A stretch of 45,284 nucleotides of DNA from Candidatus Nealsonbacteria bacterium (GCA_003557065.1 PWPS01000001.1:1-45284), one strand, 5' to 3'. Positions 18,711 through 28,211 are shown, counted from the stretch's first letter. Notes: generated by a model from the letters alone, not told the origin. Made by a program: numbers and translations.

Positions 18711-19139
18711 CTATCTCAAAACAAGATTCAGAATGGCCGGAACGGCATAAGCGAAAACCGCTACGAGAACACCAAAAACCGCGAAAGTGATATATTTTTT
18801 ACCTTTTTCTACACTTTCAGGATTTCCTCCACTACCAAGAATCAAGAAACCACCGAAAATCACTAGCGCCACTACGATACCCATCATAATGGTAAAAAGA
18901 ACTTGCGCAGTTCTGTTTATGGTATTTATCATGCACATAACCGCCCACTCTTCTCCTTCGTGGTCCGCACCGGTTCCTTCCGCACCTACGGTATCGTTTT
19001 CACCCGCAGTAATATTTCCGTAGTCAAGTGCTCTAAGCATTCTGCATTGTTGAATAGGAGAATCTTGAGCTCCTACATAAGCAGATGCACCAAGCGTGAA
19101 TGCAATCACCAGCGATAAAGCTAATAATGCTTTTTTCAT
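18711..19139 (-). CDS. VirB2/TrbC-like (CPR-type) pilin
   Basis: Sec signal ending VGA|Q, two-Cys variable region, two hydrophobic helices joined by GGNPESVEKGKKYI. Confidence 0.8.
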   Translation of the reverse strand: MKKALLALSLVIAFTLGASAYVGAQDSPIQQCRMLRALDYGNITAGENDTVGAEGTGADHEGEEWAVMCMINTINRTAQVLFTIMMGIVVALVIFGGFLILGSGGNPESVEKGKKYITFAVFGVLVAVFAYAVPAILNLVLR

Positions 19140-19187
19140 TTTTTCATTTTTTAAGTTTCATCGACCTTTTTTATTACACCTTGGTTA

Positions 19188-19215
19188 ATTCTATCACCTT
19201 TCAAAAAAGCTGCAA
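19188..19215 (-). promoter_or_regulatory. Promoter of pilin 18711-19139
   Basis: TTGCAG, 16-nt spacer ending TGa, TAGAAT (19193-19188). Confidence 0.6.
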
Positions 19216-19216
19216 C

Positions 19217-19555
19217 TTAACTAAGTACAAATTGAACTACCGCTAAAACCGCATAAGCAAAAAGGGCAATCATAATCCCCACAACTGTCCAGGTTATTAT
19301 GTTTTTTCCTTTTTTAACATTATCAGGATTAATTCCCCCGAACATATAAAAAGCTCCCCCCAAGACAATCATAAATGTAACCAAAGCCAACCCCACCTGA
19401 ATTAAAAAGCGTGTCAAAGCAGCTAAAAGCTCTGGAATGGTATCGTATTGCAAGGGGTTTTCCAAAGGAATATAATCCCCGTTACCGTTAGCCAAAACCA
19501 AAACAGGAATCAGAAGAAATAGTAGCGCCAGTAGTATTTTAGTTTTTTTCGGCAT
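19217..19555 (-). CDS. VirB2/TrbC-like (CPR-type) pilin
   Basis: Signal ending VLA|, LENPL motif, two TM helices with a GGINPDNVKKGKNII linker. Confidence 0.8.
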   Translation of the reverse strand: MPKKTKILLALLFLLIPVLVLANGNGDYIPLENPLQYDTIPELLAALTRFLIQVGLALVTFMIVLGGAFYMFGGINPDNVKKGKNIITWTVVGIMIALFAYAVLAVVQFVLS

Positions 19556-19558
19556 ATT

Positions 19559-20071
19559 TTATTTCTGATAAATAAAACCGTAATGATGCATTCCGGCTTG
19601 AAATTCATCTTTTAAGATAAAGTCTTTTTCCTCTATTATTCGCTTTAGTTCCTCCGGATCGATTTTTTCGGTTCTGGGACCTATGGGTGATTGGGGTAAC
19701 CATTCCACAACCAACAAGAACCCATCCTTTTTTAATATTCGTTTCGCTTCGTCCATTATTTTTTCTTTGTCCGATACTTGAAAAAGAAAATTTGTCATTA
19801 AAACCAAATCAACTCTATCATCTCTTATACTTAGACTTTTTTCAATATCTTCATTAAGAACTTTCACATTGGCAATCCCTCCTCTATTCAAACGACCCCT
19901 TAAGACAGAGGTCGGTTCTTCCAGAATATCAATTGCATAGACGACACCTTCTTCCAGTTTTTCCGCCAAAGGGATAACCCATCCCCCCGAACCGCAACCA
20001 AAGTCGGCAGCCACCATCCCTTTCGTAAGGGGTAAATCGTCTATTATTTCTTCCGGATTAATAAATTCCAT
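19559..20071 (-). CDS. Class I SAM-dependent methyltransferase
   Basis: ADFGCGSG, VYAID, DLVLMTN.L, EAKRILK.DG.LLVVEW. Confidence 0.88.
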   Translation of the reverse strand: MEFINPEEIIDDLPLTKGMVAADFGCGSGGWVIPLAEKLEEGVVYAIDILEEPTSVLRGRLNRGGIANVKVLNEDIEKSLSIRDDRVDLVLMTNFLFQVSDKEKIMDEAKRILKKDGFLLVVEWLPQSPIGPRTEKIDPEELKRIIEEKDFILKDEFQAGMHHYGFIYQK

Positions 20072-22534
20072 TTAAAAGCAAGTTATTGAAGCTATTTCAT
20101 CATCCTTGCTAAGCTTCATTACTTTAACTCCCTGAGTAACTCTGGAAAGCTTTGATATCTTATCAATGCTGGTTCTTATAACTTTACCTCTTTTAGAAAT
20201 GGAAACCAAGTCTTGATCGGGAGTAACGATTCTGGCAGATATTATTTCACCCACCTTTTTGGGGTTGCTAAGAGTTTTGAGCCCGATCCCTCCTCTTTTC
20301 TGTGGCTTATAACTTCCAATCGGAGTTCTTTTTCCATAACCTTTATTGGTCATTATCAAGACATACTTTTCTTTTTCATCTTTTCTAAAAATACCGACAT
20401 CGGCAACCTTGTCTTTATTTTTCAAATCTATACCCTTGATTCCCATTGCTTGCCTTCCCATCGGTCTCACTTCTTCTTCATCGAATCTTATGGATTTTCC
20501 CTTCCTGGTAACGATTAGGATATCATCATTTCCGGTCGTCTTTCTAACTCTTTTCAGTTGATCGTCATCCTTCAAGCTAAGGGCGATCAATCCCGACCTC
20601 CTGATGTTTTTAAATTCTTCCAAAGGGGTTTTCTTTATCTTTCCGTTTTCGGTAATCATTACCAAATTCTTGATCTCCCCGTCCTTTCCATCCTTATCCA
20701 GAGGGATAACAGCTAAAACGGACTCTTCCGAAGAGAGTTCCAAGAAATTCAAAATTCCTCTTCCTCTGGCCGCTCTGGATCCTTCCGGAACTTTATACAC
20801 CGGAACTCTAAAAACTTTACCCGTGTCGGTAAAAAATAAAAGATCGTCATGAGTATTCGCTTCTATAAAGTGATCTATCACATCGTCTTGAGTTGTTTTC
20901 ATTCCAAGAATTCCCTTTCCTCCCCTCCTCTGTTTTTTGTAGATCGAAGGATTAATTCTTTTTATGTATCCCCCACTGGTAATAGTAACTATGGCTCTTT
21001 CTTGAGGGATTAAATCTTTTTCATTGATATTCTCCAGAGCCATATCGGTTACTTTGGTCCTTCTTTTATCACCGAATTTCTCCTTCATCTCCAATAATTC
21101 TTTCTTGACTTCTTCTTTGATTCTACTCTCACTTTCTAAAATTTCCGTCAACTCTTTTATTATCTTTCTTTTTTCCTCCAATTCATTCTCAACCTCAACC
21201 CTTTCCAACTTGGCCAGCCTTTGAAGTCTCATCATCAAGATCGCGGTAGCTTGGATATCGGTCAATCCATATTCTTTCATTAAGTTATCCTTGGCCTCTT
21301 CTTTATTTTCCGAAGCTTTAATCGTTTCAATTATCTTGTCTATATCAACCAAAGCCTTAAAAAGACCTTCCAGAATATGCGCTCTATCTTTCGCCCTTTT
21401 TAAATCATATTTAATCCTGCGAGTAACGACCTCTATTCGATGATCGACATAATACTCCAATATCTCAACCAGATTAAGAACTCTTGGCTGTATTCCGTCC
21501 ACAAGCGCTATCATATTCAAGTGAAACTTTGTTTGCAACGAACTGTAGTTGTAGAGTCTGTTCAATATTTTTTCCGGATAAGCATTTCTTTTCAAGTCAA
21601 CTGCAACTCTCAATCCATCTCTGTCCGATTCGTCTCTTATATCTTTTACCCCTTCAAGCTTTCCATCTTTAACCAACTTGGCAAATTCTTCAACCATTTT
21701 CGACTTCCTTACCCCGTAAGGTATTTCGGTGATAATAATTTGAGCAAATCCTGATTTTTCATCTTCTATTATTTCAGCCCTACCCCTGACTTTAATACTT
21801 CCCTTTCCTTGTGAGTAAGCCGTTATTATTTGCTCTTTATTAAATATTTCCCCACCCGTAGGAAAATCCGGACCTTGGACAAACTGAAAGAGATCTTCCG
21901 TATCCGCTTCCGGGTTTTCAAGTAGATGAATAGTCGCGTCTATGGTCTCGCCTAAATTATGCGGGGGAATATTGGTCGCCATTCCTACAGCAATACCCAA
22001 TGTTCCATTTAAAAGAAGCTGAGGAACGGGGGAGGGTAATACCGTAGGCTCCCTATTGGTTCCGTCATAGTTGTCGATAAACTCAACCGTATCCTTTTCT
22101 ATATCCTTCAACATAACCTCTCCTATATCAGAAAGTTTCGCTTCCGTGTATCTTTGAGCTCCGGGAGGATCGTCATCTATGGATCCGAAGTTACCTTGAC
22201 CTTTGACCAATGGATATCTCAACGAGAAATCTTGAGCCATCCTAACCATGGAATTATAAACCGCGGAATCTCCGTGAGGATGGTATCTGGCAAGTGTCAT
22301 TCCAACCACACTGGCAGATTTTTTAAATCTTCCACCGGGAGAAAGACCATCTTCTTTCATCGTATAGAGAATTCTTCTATGAACCGGCTTTAAACCGTCA
22401 CGAACATCGGGAAGAGCTCTTCCGACAATAACCGACATCGCATAGTCGATATAAGACTTTTTCATCTCCTCCTCAATATTTCTCGGCTTAACGTAGCCTA
22501 TGTCGTTTTCTTCTTCAAATTCTTTTTCTTCCAT
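20072..22534 (-). CDS. gyrA: DNA gyrase subunit A
   Basis: [27 protein letters not shown], catalytic AQRYTEA, GyrA box QRRGGKG; no intein. Confidence 0.98.
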   Translation of the reverse strand: MEEKEFEEENDIGYVKPRNIEEEMKKSYIDYAMSVIVGRALPDVRDGLKPVHRRILYTMKEDGLSPGGRFKKSASVVGMTLARYHPHGDSAVYNSMVRMAQDFSLRYPLVKGQGNFGSIDDDPPGAQRYTEAKLSDIGEVMLKDIEKDTVEFIDNYDGTNREPTVLPSPVPQLLLNGTLGIAVGMATNIPPHNLGETIDATIHLLENPEADTEDLFQFVQGPDFPTGGEIFNKEQIITAYSQGKGSIKVRGRAEIIEDEKSGFAQIIITEIPYGVRKSKMVEEFAKLVKDGKLEGVKDIRDESDRDGLRVAVDLKRNAYPEKILNRLYNYSSLQTKFHLNMIALVDGIQPRVLNLVEILEYYVDHRIEVVTRRIKYDLKRAKDRAHILEGLFKALVDIDKIIETIKASENKEEAKDNLMKEYGLTDIQATAILMMRLQRLAKLERVEVENELEEKRKIIKELTEILESESRIKEEVKKELLEMKEKFGDKRRTKVTDMALENINEKDLIPQERAIVTITSGGYIKRINPSIYKKQRRGGKGILGMKTTQDDVIDHFIEANTHDDLLFFTDTGKVFRVPVYKVPEGSRAARGRGILNFLELSSEESVLAVIPLDKDGKDGEIKNLVMITENGKIKKTPLEEFKNIRRSGLIALSLKDDDQLKRVRKTTGNDDILIVTRKGKSIRFDEEEVRPMGRQAMGIKGIDLKNKDKVADVGIFRKDEKEKYVLIMTNKGYGKRTPIGSYKPQKRGGIGLKTLSNPKKVGEIISARIVTPDQDLVSISKRGKVIRTSIDKISKLSRVTQGVKVMKLSKDDEIASITCF

Positions 22535-22544
22535 ACTTTTTTAA

Positions 22545-23216
22545 TTAGTTACTTTGCGGATTAAGTCTGTATACTTGAATTTCTCCTTCCGATAAACTGT
22601 TTTTTGAAATGGAAACTTTGTCTTTCGCTTCTTTGTCTTTCGCCCCCATAGCTTTAAGGAACGGCTCTACCTCATCCAATTCAATTTTTAATCCCGGAAT
22701 CTTATAATGCATCGGGATAACCGCTTTCGGTTCCAGTTGAGATATTATTTTCCCGGCCTTTTTTGCATTTATCGTATAATTTCCTCCAACCGGAATAAGT
22801 AAAACATCAACTTCTCCGATCTCTTTAATTTGTCTGTCACTCAATTCACTTTGACCGAAATCACCCAAGTGACAAACATTCATTCCCTCCGACTCTATTA
22901 TATATATCGTATTCGCTCCTCTTTCTGCTCCTTTCTCTTCATCGTGATAAGAAAAAACACCCTTTATAAAGGTATTTTTAGTTTCATACTCACCCGGACT
23001 ATCTATAACGAAGGCGTCATCGTTGACAGCATCAAGATTGTTATGATCAGCATGTTGGTGAGATACGAGCACAACATCAACATTTTTCTTATAGAGCTTC
23101 AATCCGGTTGAATCCTCATCGTAAGGGTCGATTAAAACAGTGACCCTTTTTCGTGATTTCATTTTCTTTTTCACCGAAATATAAAAACAAGACTGTCCGT
23201 ACCATTTAAAATCCAT
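22545..23216 (-). CDS. Metallo-beta-lactamase-fold hydrolase
   Basis: W.GQSCF, IDPY, SHQHADH, HLGD, PVGG, IPMHY. Confidence 0.9.
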   Translation of the reverse strand: MDFKWYGQSCFYISVKKKMKSRKRVTVLIDPYDEDSTGLKLYKKNVDVVLVSHQHADHNNLDAVNDDAFVIDSPGEYETKNTFIKGVFSYHDEEKGAERGANTIYIIESEGMNVCHLGDFGQSELSDRQIKEIGEVDVLLIPVGGNYTINAKKAGKIISQLEPKAVIPMHYKIPGLKIELDEVEPFLKAMGAKDKEAKDKVSISKNSLSEGEIQVYRLNPQSN

Positions 23217-23264
23217 GTGCGTATAAAAATTAATTTGTATCCTGGTTCATTTTAACAGTGATAC

Positions 23265-23292
23265 TTGAAAAAATCAAGATATTATGTAAAAT
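23265..23292 (+). promoter_or_regulatory. Promoter upstream of the rpsA leader
   Basis: TTGAAA (23265-23270), 16-nt spacer, TAAAAT (23287-23292). Confidence 0.55.
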
Positions 23293-23300
23293 GATTTATC

Positions 23301-23416
23301 AGTACTGGGAACTCTTAAAAGTTTTGATCCGAAGACCGAGATGCCCGTGCATAATTTATTAATCAAAAAATGAGGAAATTTAAGCTTGTATTCGGATCTG
23401 CCAATTTCCGCAAGTA
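23301..23416 (+). ncRNA. Candidate structured 5' leader RNA of rpsA
   Basis: Nested inverted repeats TACT/AGTA, GGAA/TTCC and GATCCGAA/TTCGGATC enclosing an ATGC-ccgt-GCAT hairpin. Confidence 0.45.
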
Positions 23417-23423
23417 AAGAACT

Positions 23424-24473
23424 ATGAAAGAAAAATTAAAAGAAGAAAATTTATTGGACATCCCCAAAGAAGGAGCTACTGTCGAAGGAGAAATTGTCGG
23501 TCAAGGGAGAGCTGCCGCTTATGTCGATTTGGGAATTTTCGGAACCGGAATCATTTTCGGAAGAGAATTTTATGCAGCTAAAGACGAACTCAAAGATCTT
23601 GAAAATGGTGAAATCGTTTCTGTAAAAGTAATCAAAATAGATGGTGAGGAAGGCTATGTTGAACTTTCCAGACACCAAGCAAGAAAAGATAAGGCCTGGG
23701 ATGTGTTGGAAAAAAAGAAAGAGGAAAGTTAAACGATAGCGGTAAAGATAGAAGGAGCCAATAAGGGAGGTCTTCTGACCAAACTTTACGGGATACCTGC
23801 ATTCTTACCCTCTTCCCAACTTTCATCCGAAAACTACCCCCATGTAGAAGGAGGAGATCGCGATCAAATACTTAAAGAACTTCAATCTCTTGTGGGAGAA
23901 AAGTTGGATGTAAGAATCTTGGATCTTTCAAAAGAAGAAGAGAAAATAATACTTTCGGAAAAAATAAGGGAGATTGAAAAGAAAGAAGAAGCTCTTGAAG
24001 AATATAAAGAAGGAGATGTGGTAAAGGGAAAAGTTACCGGAATAGTTGATTTCGGAGCATTTATAAAATTCGGACAGGGAATTGAAGGATTAATTCATAT
24101 TTCCGAACTGGATTGGAGCTTGGTATCCGATCCGTCGGATATTCTTGAGGAAGGAGAGGAAATAGATGCCAAGATAATCAAAATAGCGGATGGTAAAGTT
24201 TTTCTTTCTCTCAAGGCTTTAAAAGAAGATCCTTGGAAAAAAATTGAAGAAAAACATTCAAAAGGAGATATAATAAAGGGAAAAGTTACCAAATTTGTCT
24301 CTTTCGGATCCTTCGTTGAGCTCGAATCGGGAATTCAAGGACTGTGTCACATTTCCGAATTCGGAACAAAAGAAAAAATGGAAAAAGAATTGGAAGTCGG
24401 AAAAAAATACGAGTTTGAAATACTGTCCATGGATGCAGATGACCATAGATTAAGTTTGAGACTGAGAAAATAA
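23424..24473 (+). CDS. rpsA: Ribosomal protein bS1 (four S1 domains), split by one in-frame TAA at 23730-23732
   Basis: The same frame continues after the stop: KKEES*TIAVKIEGANKGGLL...AFLPSSQLS..., joining ORF 23892-24473 (VDFGAFI, GLIHISELDW). Confidence 0.9.
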
Positions 24474-24489
24474 GACAAAATGGAGATAG

Positions 24490-24519
24490 AAAAAGCCGCC
24501 TTTTCACGGGCGGTTTTTT
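24490..24519. terminator. Bidirectional intrinsic terminator
   Basis: AAAAAGCCGCC-loop-GGCGGTTTTTT between rpsA and the convergent tRNAs. Confidence 0.85.
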
Positions 24520-24535
24520 AATTTTTTCTTGATTG

Positions 24536-24608
24536 TCTCCTCGGAAGGACTCGAACCTTCATCTGCGGCTTAGGAGGCCACCGCTCTATCCCGTTGAGCT
24601 ACGAGGAG
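24536..24608 (-). tRNA. tRNA-Arg(CCT)
   Basis: GTGGC-ctCCTaa-GCCGC, CTCCTCG/CGAGGAG acceptor stem. Confidence 0.93.
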
Positions 24609-24708
24609 TTTGATGTGCCCAACTACCGAAAGATGGGTCCGAATAATTTAATGGCTTATATTCATAAACTCCGACAAAGGAAACTTCGGGAGTATAATTG
24701 TTAAAGTG

Positions 24709-24784
24709 GGCGACCGACGGGACTCGAACCCGCACCAACTCTCGGACCACAACCGAGTGCTTTACCAATTAAGCTACGGTCGCC
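24709..24784 (-). tRNA. tRNA-His(GTG)
   Basis: CTCGG-ttGTGgt-CCGAG, encoded G-1:C73; variable loop is 7 nt. Confidence 0.93.
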
Positions 24785-24792
24785 ATAAAAAG

Positions 24793-24865
<73 letters not shown>

Positions 24866-24963
24866 TTGTAAAAAACATGTGTAAACTATTATACAAGCTA
24901 ATTCTTTTTAGTCAACGAAAACCTTGCCATTTCTCAACTTTATGTTATTATGAACAGACGTAA

Positions 24964-26793
24964 ATGTTTAAGAATCTCAGTAAAAACTTAATTTCCTTTT
25001 TAATAATCCTACTGATAATAGTGGGGCTTTTCGGTTTGGCTTCGGAAGATTGGCTTCAACAACCGGAAAAAATTACGACTCGCGAATTGATTGAAAAAAT
25101 AAACGAGGGAAAAGTTGCTGAAATCAGCTTGATCGGAAACGAGGTTTTAATTTCTTTGGAAGATGAAACTTCTTTAACCACCAATAAGGAGGAGGGGATT
25201 TCTTTTGTAGAATTCTTATCTAGGTGGGGAGCTGATGAGGATCAGATTAAAAACTTGTCGGTTTCATATGAAAAAGAAGCTGACTGGAGTTGGCTTACAA
25301 CTCTACTGATAGTATTCTTGCCCATTTTGTTTTTGATAATATTTTTTCAGATAATTTTAAAACAAGCGAAAGGAGGTGCCAGTAATGCTTTGGATTTTTC
25401 AAAAGCCAAGGCGAGAATGTTCGGAGAGGGGGGTATGCCCAAAAAAGAGGTTAATTTTGAAGACGTAGCGGGACTGGAAGAAGCAAAAGAAGAGCTAAAA
25501 GAAATAGTGGAGTTTTTAAGAGATCCCAAAAAATTTAAAGCCGTAGGTGCAAAAATACCTAAAGGAGTCTTGTTAACCGGTCCTCCCGGAACAGGGAAAA
25601 CTTTACTTGCTCAGGCTGTATCGGGAGAGGCAAATGTTCCTTTTTTCGAAGTTTCCGGATCCGAATTTATTGAACTGTTCGTCGGAGTGGGATCGGGAAG
25701 AGTCAGAGATCTTTTTCAGAAAGCAAAAGCAAAACAACCCTGTATAGTATACATTGACGAGCTGGACGCAATAGGAAGAAAGAGGGGAGCTGGCTTGGGG
25801 GGAGGTAATGATGAGAGAGAACAAACTTTAAATCAAATACTGGTAGAATTGGACGGATTCGACAAGGATACGAAAGTTATTGTCTTAGCCAGCACCAATC
25901 GTCCCGATGTTTTGGATCCGGCACTTCTAAGACCGGGGAGATTCGACAGAAAGGTAATCTTGGATTCTCCCGATTTGAAAGCAAGAAAAGAAATATTAGA
26001 AATTCACACACGAGAAAAACCTTTGGGAAAAAACGTCAATCTTCAAGAGGTAGCCGAAAGAACTCCTGGATTTTCCGGAGCAGATTTAGAAAATCTGGCC
26101 AACGAAGCGGCAATTTTAACGGCAAGAAAAAATAAAAAAGAAATTGATCAGAATGAGCTTCTGGAAGCGATAGAAAAGGTTTTGCTCGGACCAGAAAGAA
26201 GAAGTCATATTTTAACCGACGAGGAAAAAGAGATCAGCGCATACCATGAAGCCGGACATGCTCTGGTTTCTCACCTACTGACAAAAACCCACGAAGTAAG
26301 AAAGGTTTCCATAATCTCAAGAGGGCAAGCGGCAGGATATACTCTTAAAATGCCGATGAAAGAGAAAAGCATAATGAGTAAGGCTGAGTTTATGGCCGAA
26401 ATTTCAATTCTATTGGGCGGCTTTACGGCTGAAAAAATTATATATAATGAAACAACCACCGGCGCTTCCAACGACTTGGAAAAAGCTTCAAAATATGCTA
26501 GAAAATTAGTGAAAAAATATGGAATGTCTTCATTGGGCCCAATCTCTTACGGAGGTGAAAGAGAGCACGTTTTCTTGGGAGAAGAAATTTCCGAGGAAAA
26601 AAATTATTCCGAGGAAATTGCAGCGAAAATCGACAGAGAGATATCAAAGATAATAAAGGCAGCGGAAAAAAAGGCCGGCGAGGTTATAAGCAAAAACAAA
26701 GATAAATTGGAAAAGTTGGCGAAGGTCCTGATCGATAAGGAGACAATAGAAAAGGAGGAATTCGAAAAGATAATGGACGGTAGTAAAAATTAG
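24964..26793 (+). CDS. ftsH: ATP-dependent zinc metalloprotease FtsH
   Basis: Two TMs, GPPGTGKT, IDELDA, TNRPDVLDPALLRPGRFDR, HEAGH. Confidence 0.98.
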   Translation: MFKNLSKNLISFLIILLIIVGLFGLASEDWLQQPEKITTRELIEKINEGKVAEISLIGNEVLISLEDETSLTTNKEEGISFVEFLSRWGADEDQIKNLSVSYEKEADWSWLTTLLIVFLPILFLIIFFQIILKQAKGGASNALDFSKAKARMFGEGGMPKKEVNFEDVAGLEEAKEELKEIVEFLRDPKKFKAVGAKIPKGVLLTGPPGTGKTLLAQAVSGEANVPFFEVSGSEFIELFVGVGSGRVRDLFQKAKAKQPCIVYIDELDAIGRKRGAGLGGGNDEREQTLNQILVELDGFDKDTKVIVLASTNRPDVLDPALLRPGRFDRKVILDSPDLKARKEILEIHTREKPLGKNVNLQEVAERTPGFSGADLENLANEAAILTARKNKKEIDQNELLEAIEKVLLGPERRSHILTDEEKEISAYHEAGHALVSHLLTKTHEVRKVSIISRGQAAGYTLKMPMKEKSIMSKAEFMAEISILLGGFTAEKIIYNETTTGASNDLEKASKYARKLVKKYGMSSLGPISYGGEREHVFLGEEISEEKNYSEEIAAKIDREISKIIKAAEKKAGEVISKNKDKLEKLAKVLIDKETIEKEEFEKIMDGSKN

Positions 26794-26799
26794 CTTGAA

Positions 26800-26871
26800 G
26801 GGCGGCTAGCTCAAAGGCAGAGCGTCTCCTTGACGTGGAGAAGGTTAGAGGTTCGAGTCCTCTGCCGCCCA
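26800..26871 (+). tRNA. tRNA-Val(GAC)
   Basis: TCTCC-ttGACgt-GGAGA, A73. Confidence 0.95.
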
Positions 26872-26879
26872 CCCTTTAC

Positions 26880-26955
26880 GGGCGTATAGCTCAACGGTTA
26901 GAGCGCTACTCTTATAAAGTAGAGGTTCCAGGTTCGATTCCTGGTACGCCCACCA
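26880..26955 (+). tRNA. tRNA-Ile(TAT)
   Basis: GGGCGTA/TACGCCC acceptor stem, CTACT-ctTATaa-AGTAG (anticodon 26913-26915), A73, encoded CCA. Confidence 0.94.
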
Positions 26956-26975
26956 CCTTGAATAACCGTAAGTAA

Positions 26976-27635
26976 ATGAGCCGAATAATATATCAAGACG
27001 ATGAGATCTTAGTAGTAAATAAGCCGTCCGGAGAGATTGTTGAAGTTTTTGCAGAAAAAATAGGAGAAGACATTCCAATCCTAAAAGGCCTTCCTCGTTA
27101 CGGACTGGTTCACAGATTAGATAAAGACACTTCCGGAATTTTGCTTTTTGCCAAGAAAAAGGATATATTGGAAAGCCTTCAGAAACAATTCAAGGAAAGA
27201 AAAGTTACAAAAAAGTACATCGCTTTAATCTGGAGACCAATGAAAGAGGAAGAGGGGGTTATCGAGACTTCCATGAGAAGATCCGGAAGCGACAGAAGAA
27301 AACACCAATCTTATCCACTGCAAGAGAACGGAAGAAGAGCAACAAGTAGATACCGGGTACTTGAAAATTTTGAGAATTATAGTTTAATAGAGGTGTCGCC
27401 CGTTACGGGAAGAAAACATCAGATAAGAAGTCAATTCGCCTATCTGGGTCATCCGTTAGTCGGAGATGAGCTTTACGGCTTTAAAGATCAGGTTGACCCA
27501 TCGGGAATCGAGCGCCATTTTTTACACAGCAATTTATTAGAAATTGAAGTAAATGGCAGAAAGAAGAGATTCATGTCCGAATTACCCGAAAACCTGAAAG
27601 AAATAATAAACACGATAAAATGTCTACAAAGTTAG
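26976..27635 (+). CDS. RluA/RluD-family pseudouridine synthase without an S4 domain
   Basis: VVNKPSG, VHRLDKDTSG, TGRKHQIR, HPLVGD.LYG. Confidence 0.93.
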   Translation: MSRIIYQDDEILVVNKPSGEIVEVFAEKIGEDIPILKGLPRYGLVHRLDKDTSGILLFAKKKDILESLQKQFKERKVTKKYIALIWRPMKEEEGVIETSMRRSGSDRRKHQSYPLQENGRRATSRYRVLENFENYSLIEVSPVTGRKHQIRSQFAYLGHPLVGDELYGFKDQVDPSGIERHFLHSNLLEIEVNGRKKRFMSELPENLKEIINTIKCLQS

Positions 27636-27970
27636 AAGAATTCAAAAAAAAGCAAAAGAAAGAACTGCCGGAAATAAATCCCGGAGACAGAGTAAAGGTT
27701 TACCAAAAAGTAAAAGCCGGTGATGATGAAAGAGTGCAGGCTTTTGAAGGTTTAGTTATTGCCAGAAAGCATGGCGAAGACACCTCGGCAACAATTACGG
27801 TAAGAAATATAATTGAAAAGGTAGGAGTGGAGAAAATTTTCCCAATACACTCTCCCACGATTGAAAAGATAGAAATTATAAAGAGAGGAAATGCCAGAAA
27901 AGCAAAACTTTATTACGTCAGAGATAAGTCAAGAAAGGCGATCAGACGAAAATTGAGGGCAAAAAATTAA
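27620..27970 (+). CDS. rplS: 50S ribosomal protein L19
   Basis: PGD.VKV, R.Q.FEG.VIA, TITVR, GVEKIFP.HSP, RKAKLYY.R. Confidence 0.97.
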   Translation: MSTKLEEFKKKQKKELPEINPGDRVKVYQKVKAGDDERVQAFEGLVIARKHGEDTSATITVRNIIEKVGVEKIFPIHSPTIEKIEIIKRGNARKAKLYYVRDKSRKAIRRKLRAKN

Positions 27971-27979
27971 TAAGGAGAG

Positions 27980-28063
27980 GCCCAGGTGCTGGAATTGGCA
28001 GACAGGCAGCGTTGAGGGCGCTGTGTCCGTTAGGGCGTGTGGGTTCAAGTCCCACCCTGGGCA
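27980..28063 (+). tRNA. tRNA-Leu(GAG)
   Basis: CAGCG-ttGAGgg-CGCTG, long variable arm. Confidence 0.95.
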
Positions 28064-28109
28064 CAAATTTTAATGATATTCAGTTATCGATCGATAGTCA
28101 TTAATTTGA

Positions 28110-28182
28110 GGGCGGTTAGCTCAATTGGCAGAGCATCTCGCTTACATCGAGAGGGTTGCAGGTTCGAGTCCTGCACCGCCCA
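28110..28182 (+). tRNA. tRNA-Val(TAC)
   Basis: TCTCG-ctTACat-CGAGA. Confidence 0.95.
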
Positions 28183-28211
28183 CATCTAATCGTTTTAGAT
28201 AAGAAATTAAA

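Noticed and set aside
18173..24473. Stop-codon reassignment (code 25/4) or selenocysteine as the explanation for the in-frame stops
   Set aside because: TGA terminates several genes with overlapping downstream starts, and all other long genes are open under code 11. The two stops differ (TGA, TAA). The TGA is in a signal peptide with no convincing SECIS.
24609..24705. Hammerhead-like or other ncRNA between tRNA-Arg(CCT) and tRNA-His
   Set aside because: Two modest hairpins exist, but the core reads TTGATGT...CGAAT rather than CTGATGA...GAAA, and stems I/III cannot be formed convincingly.
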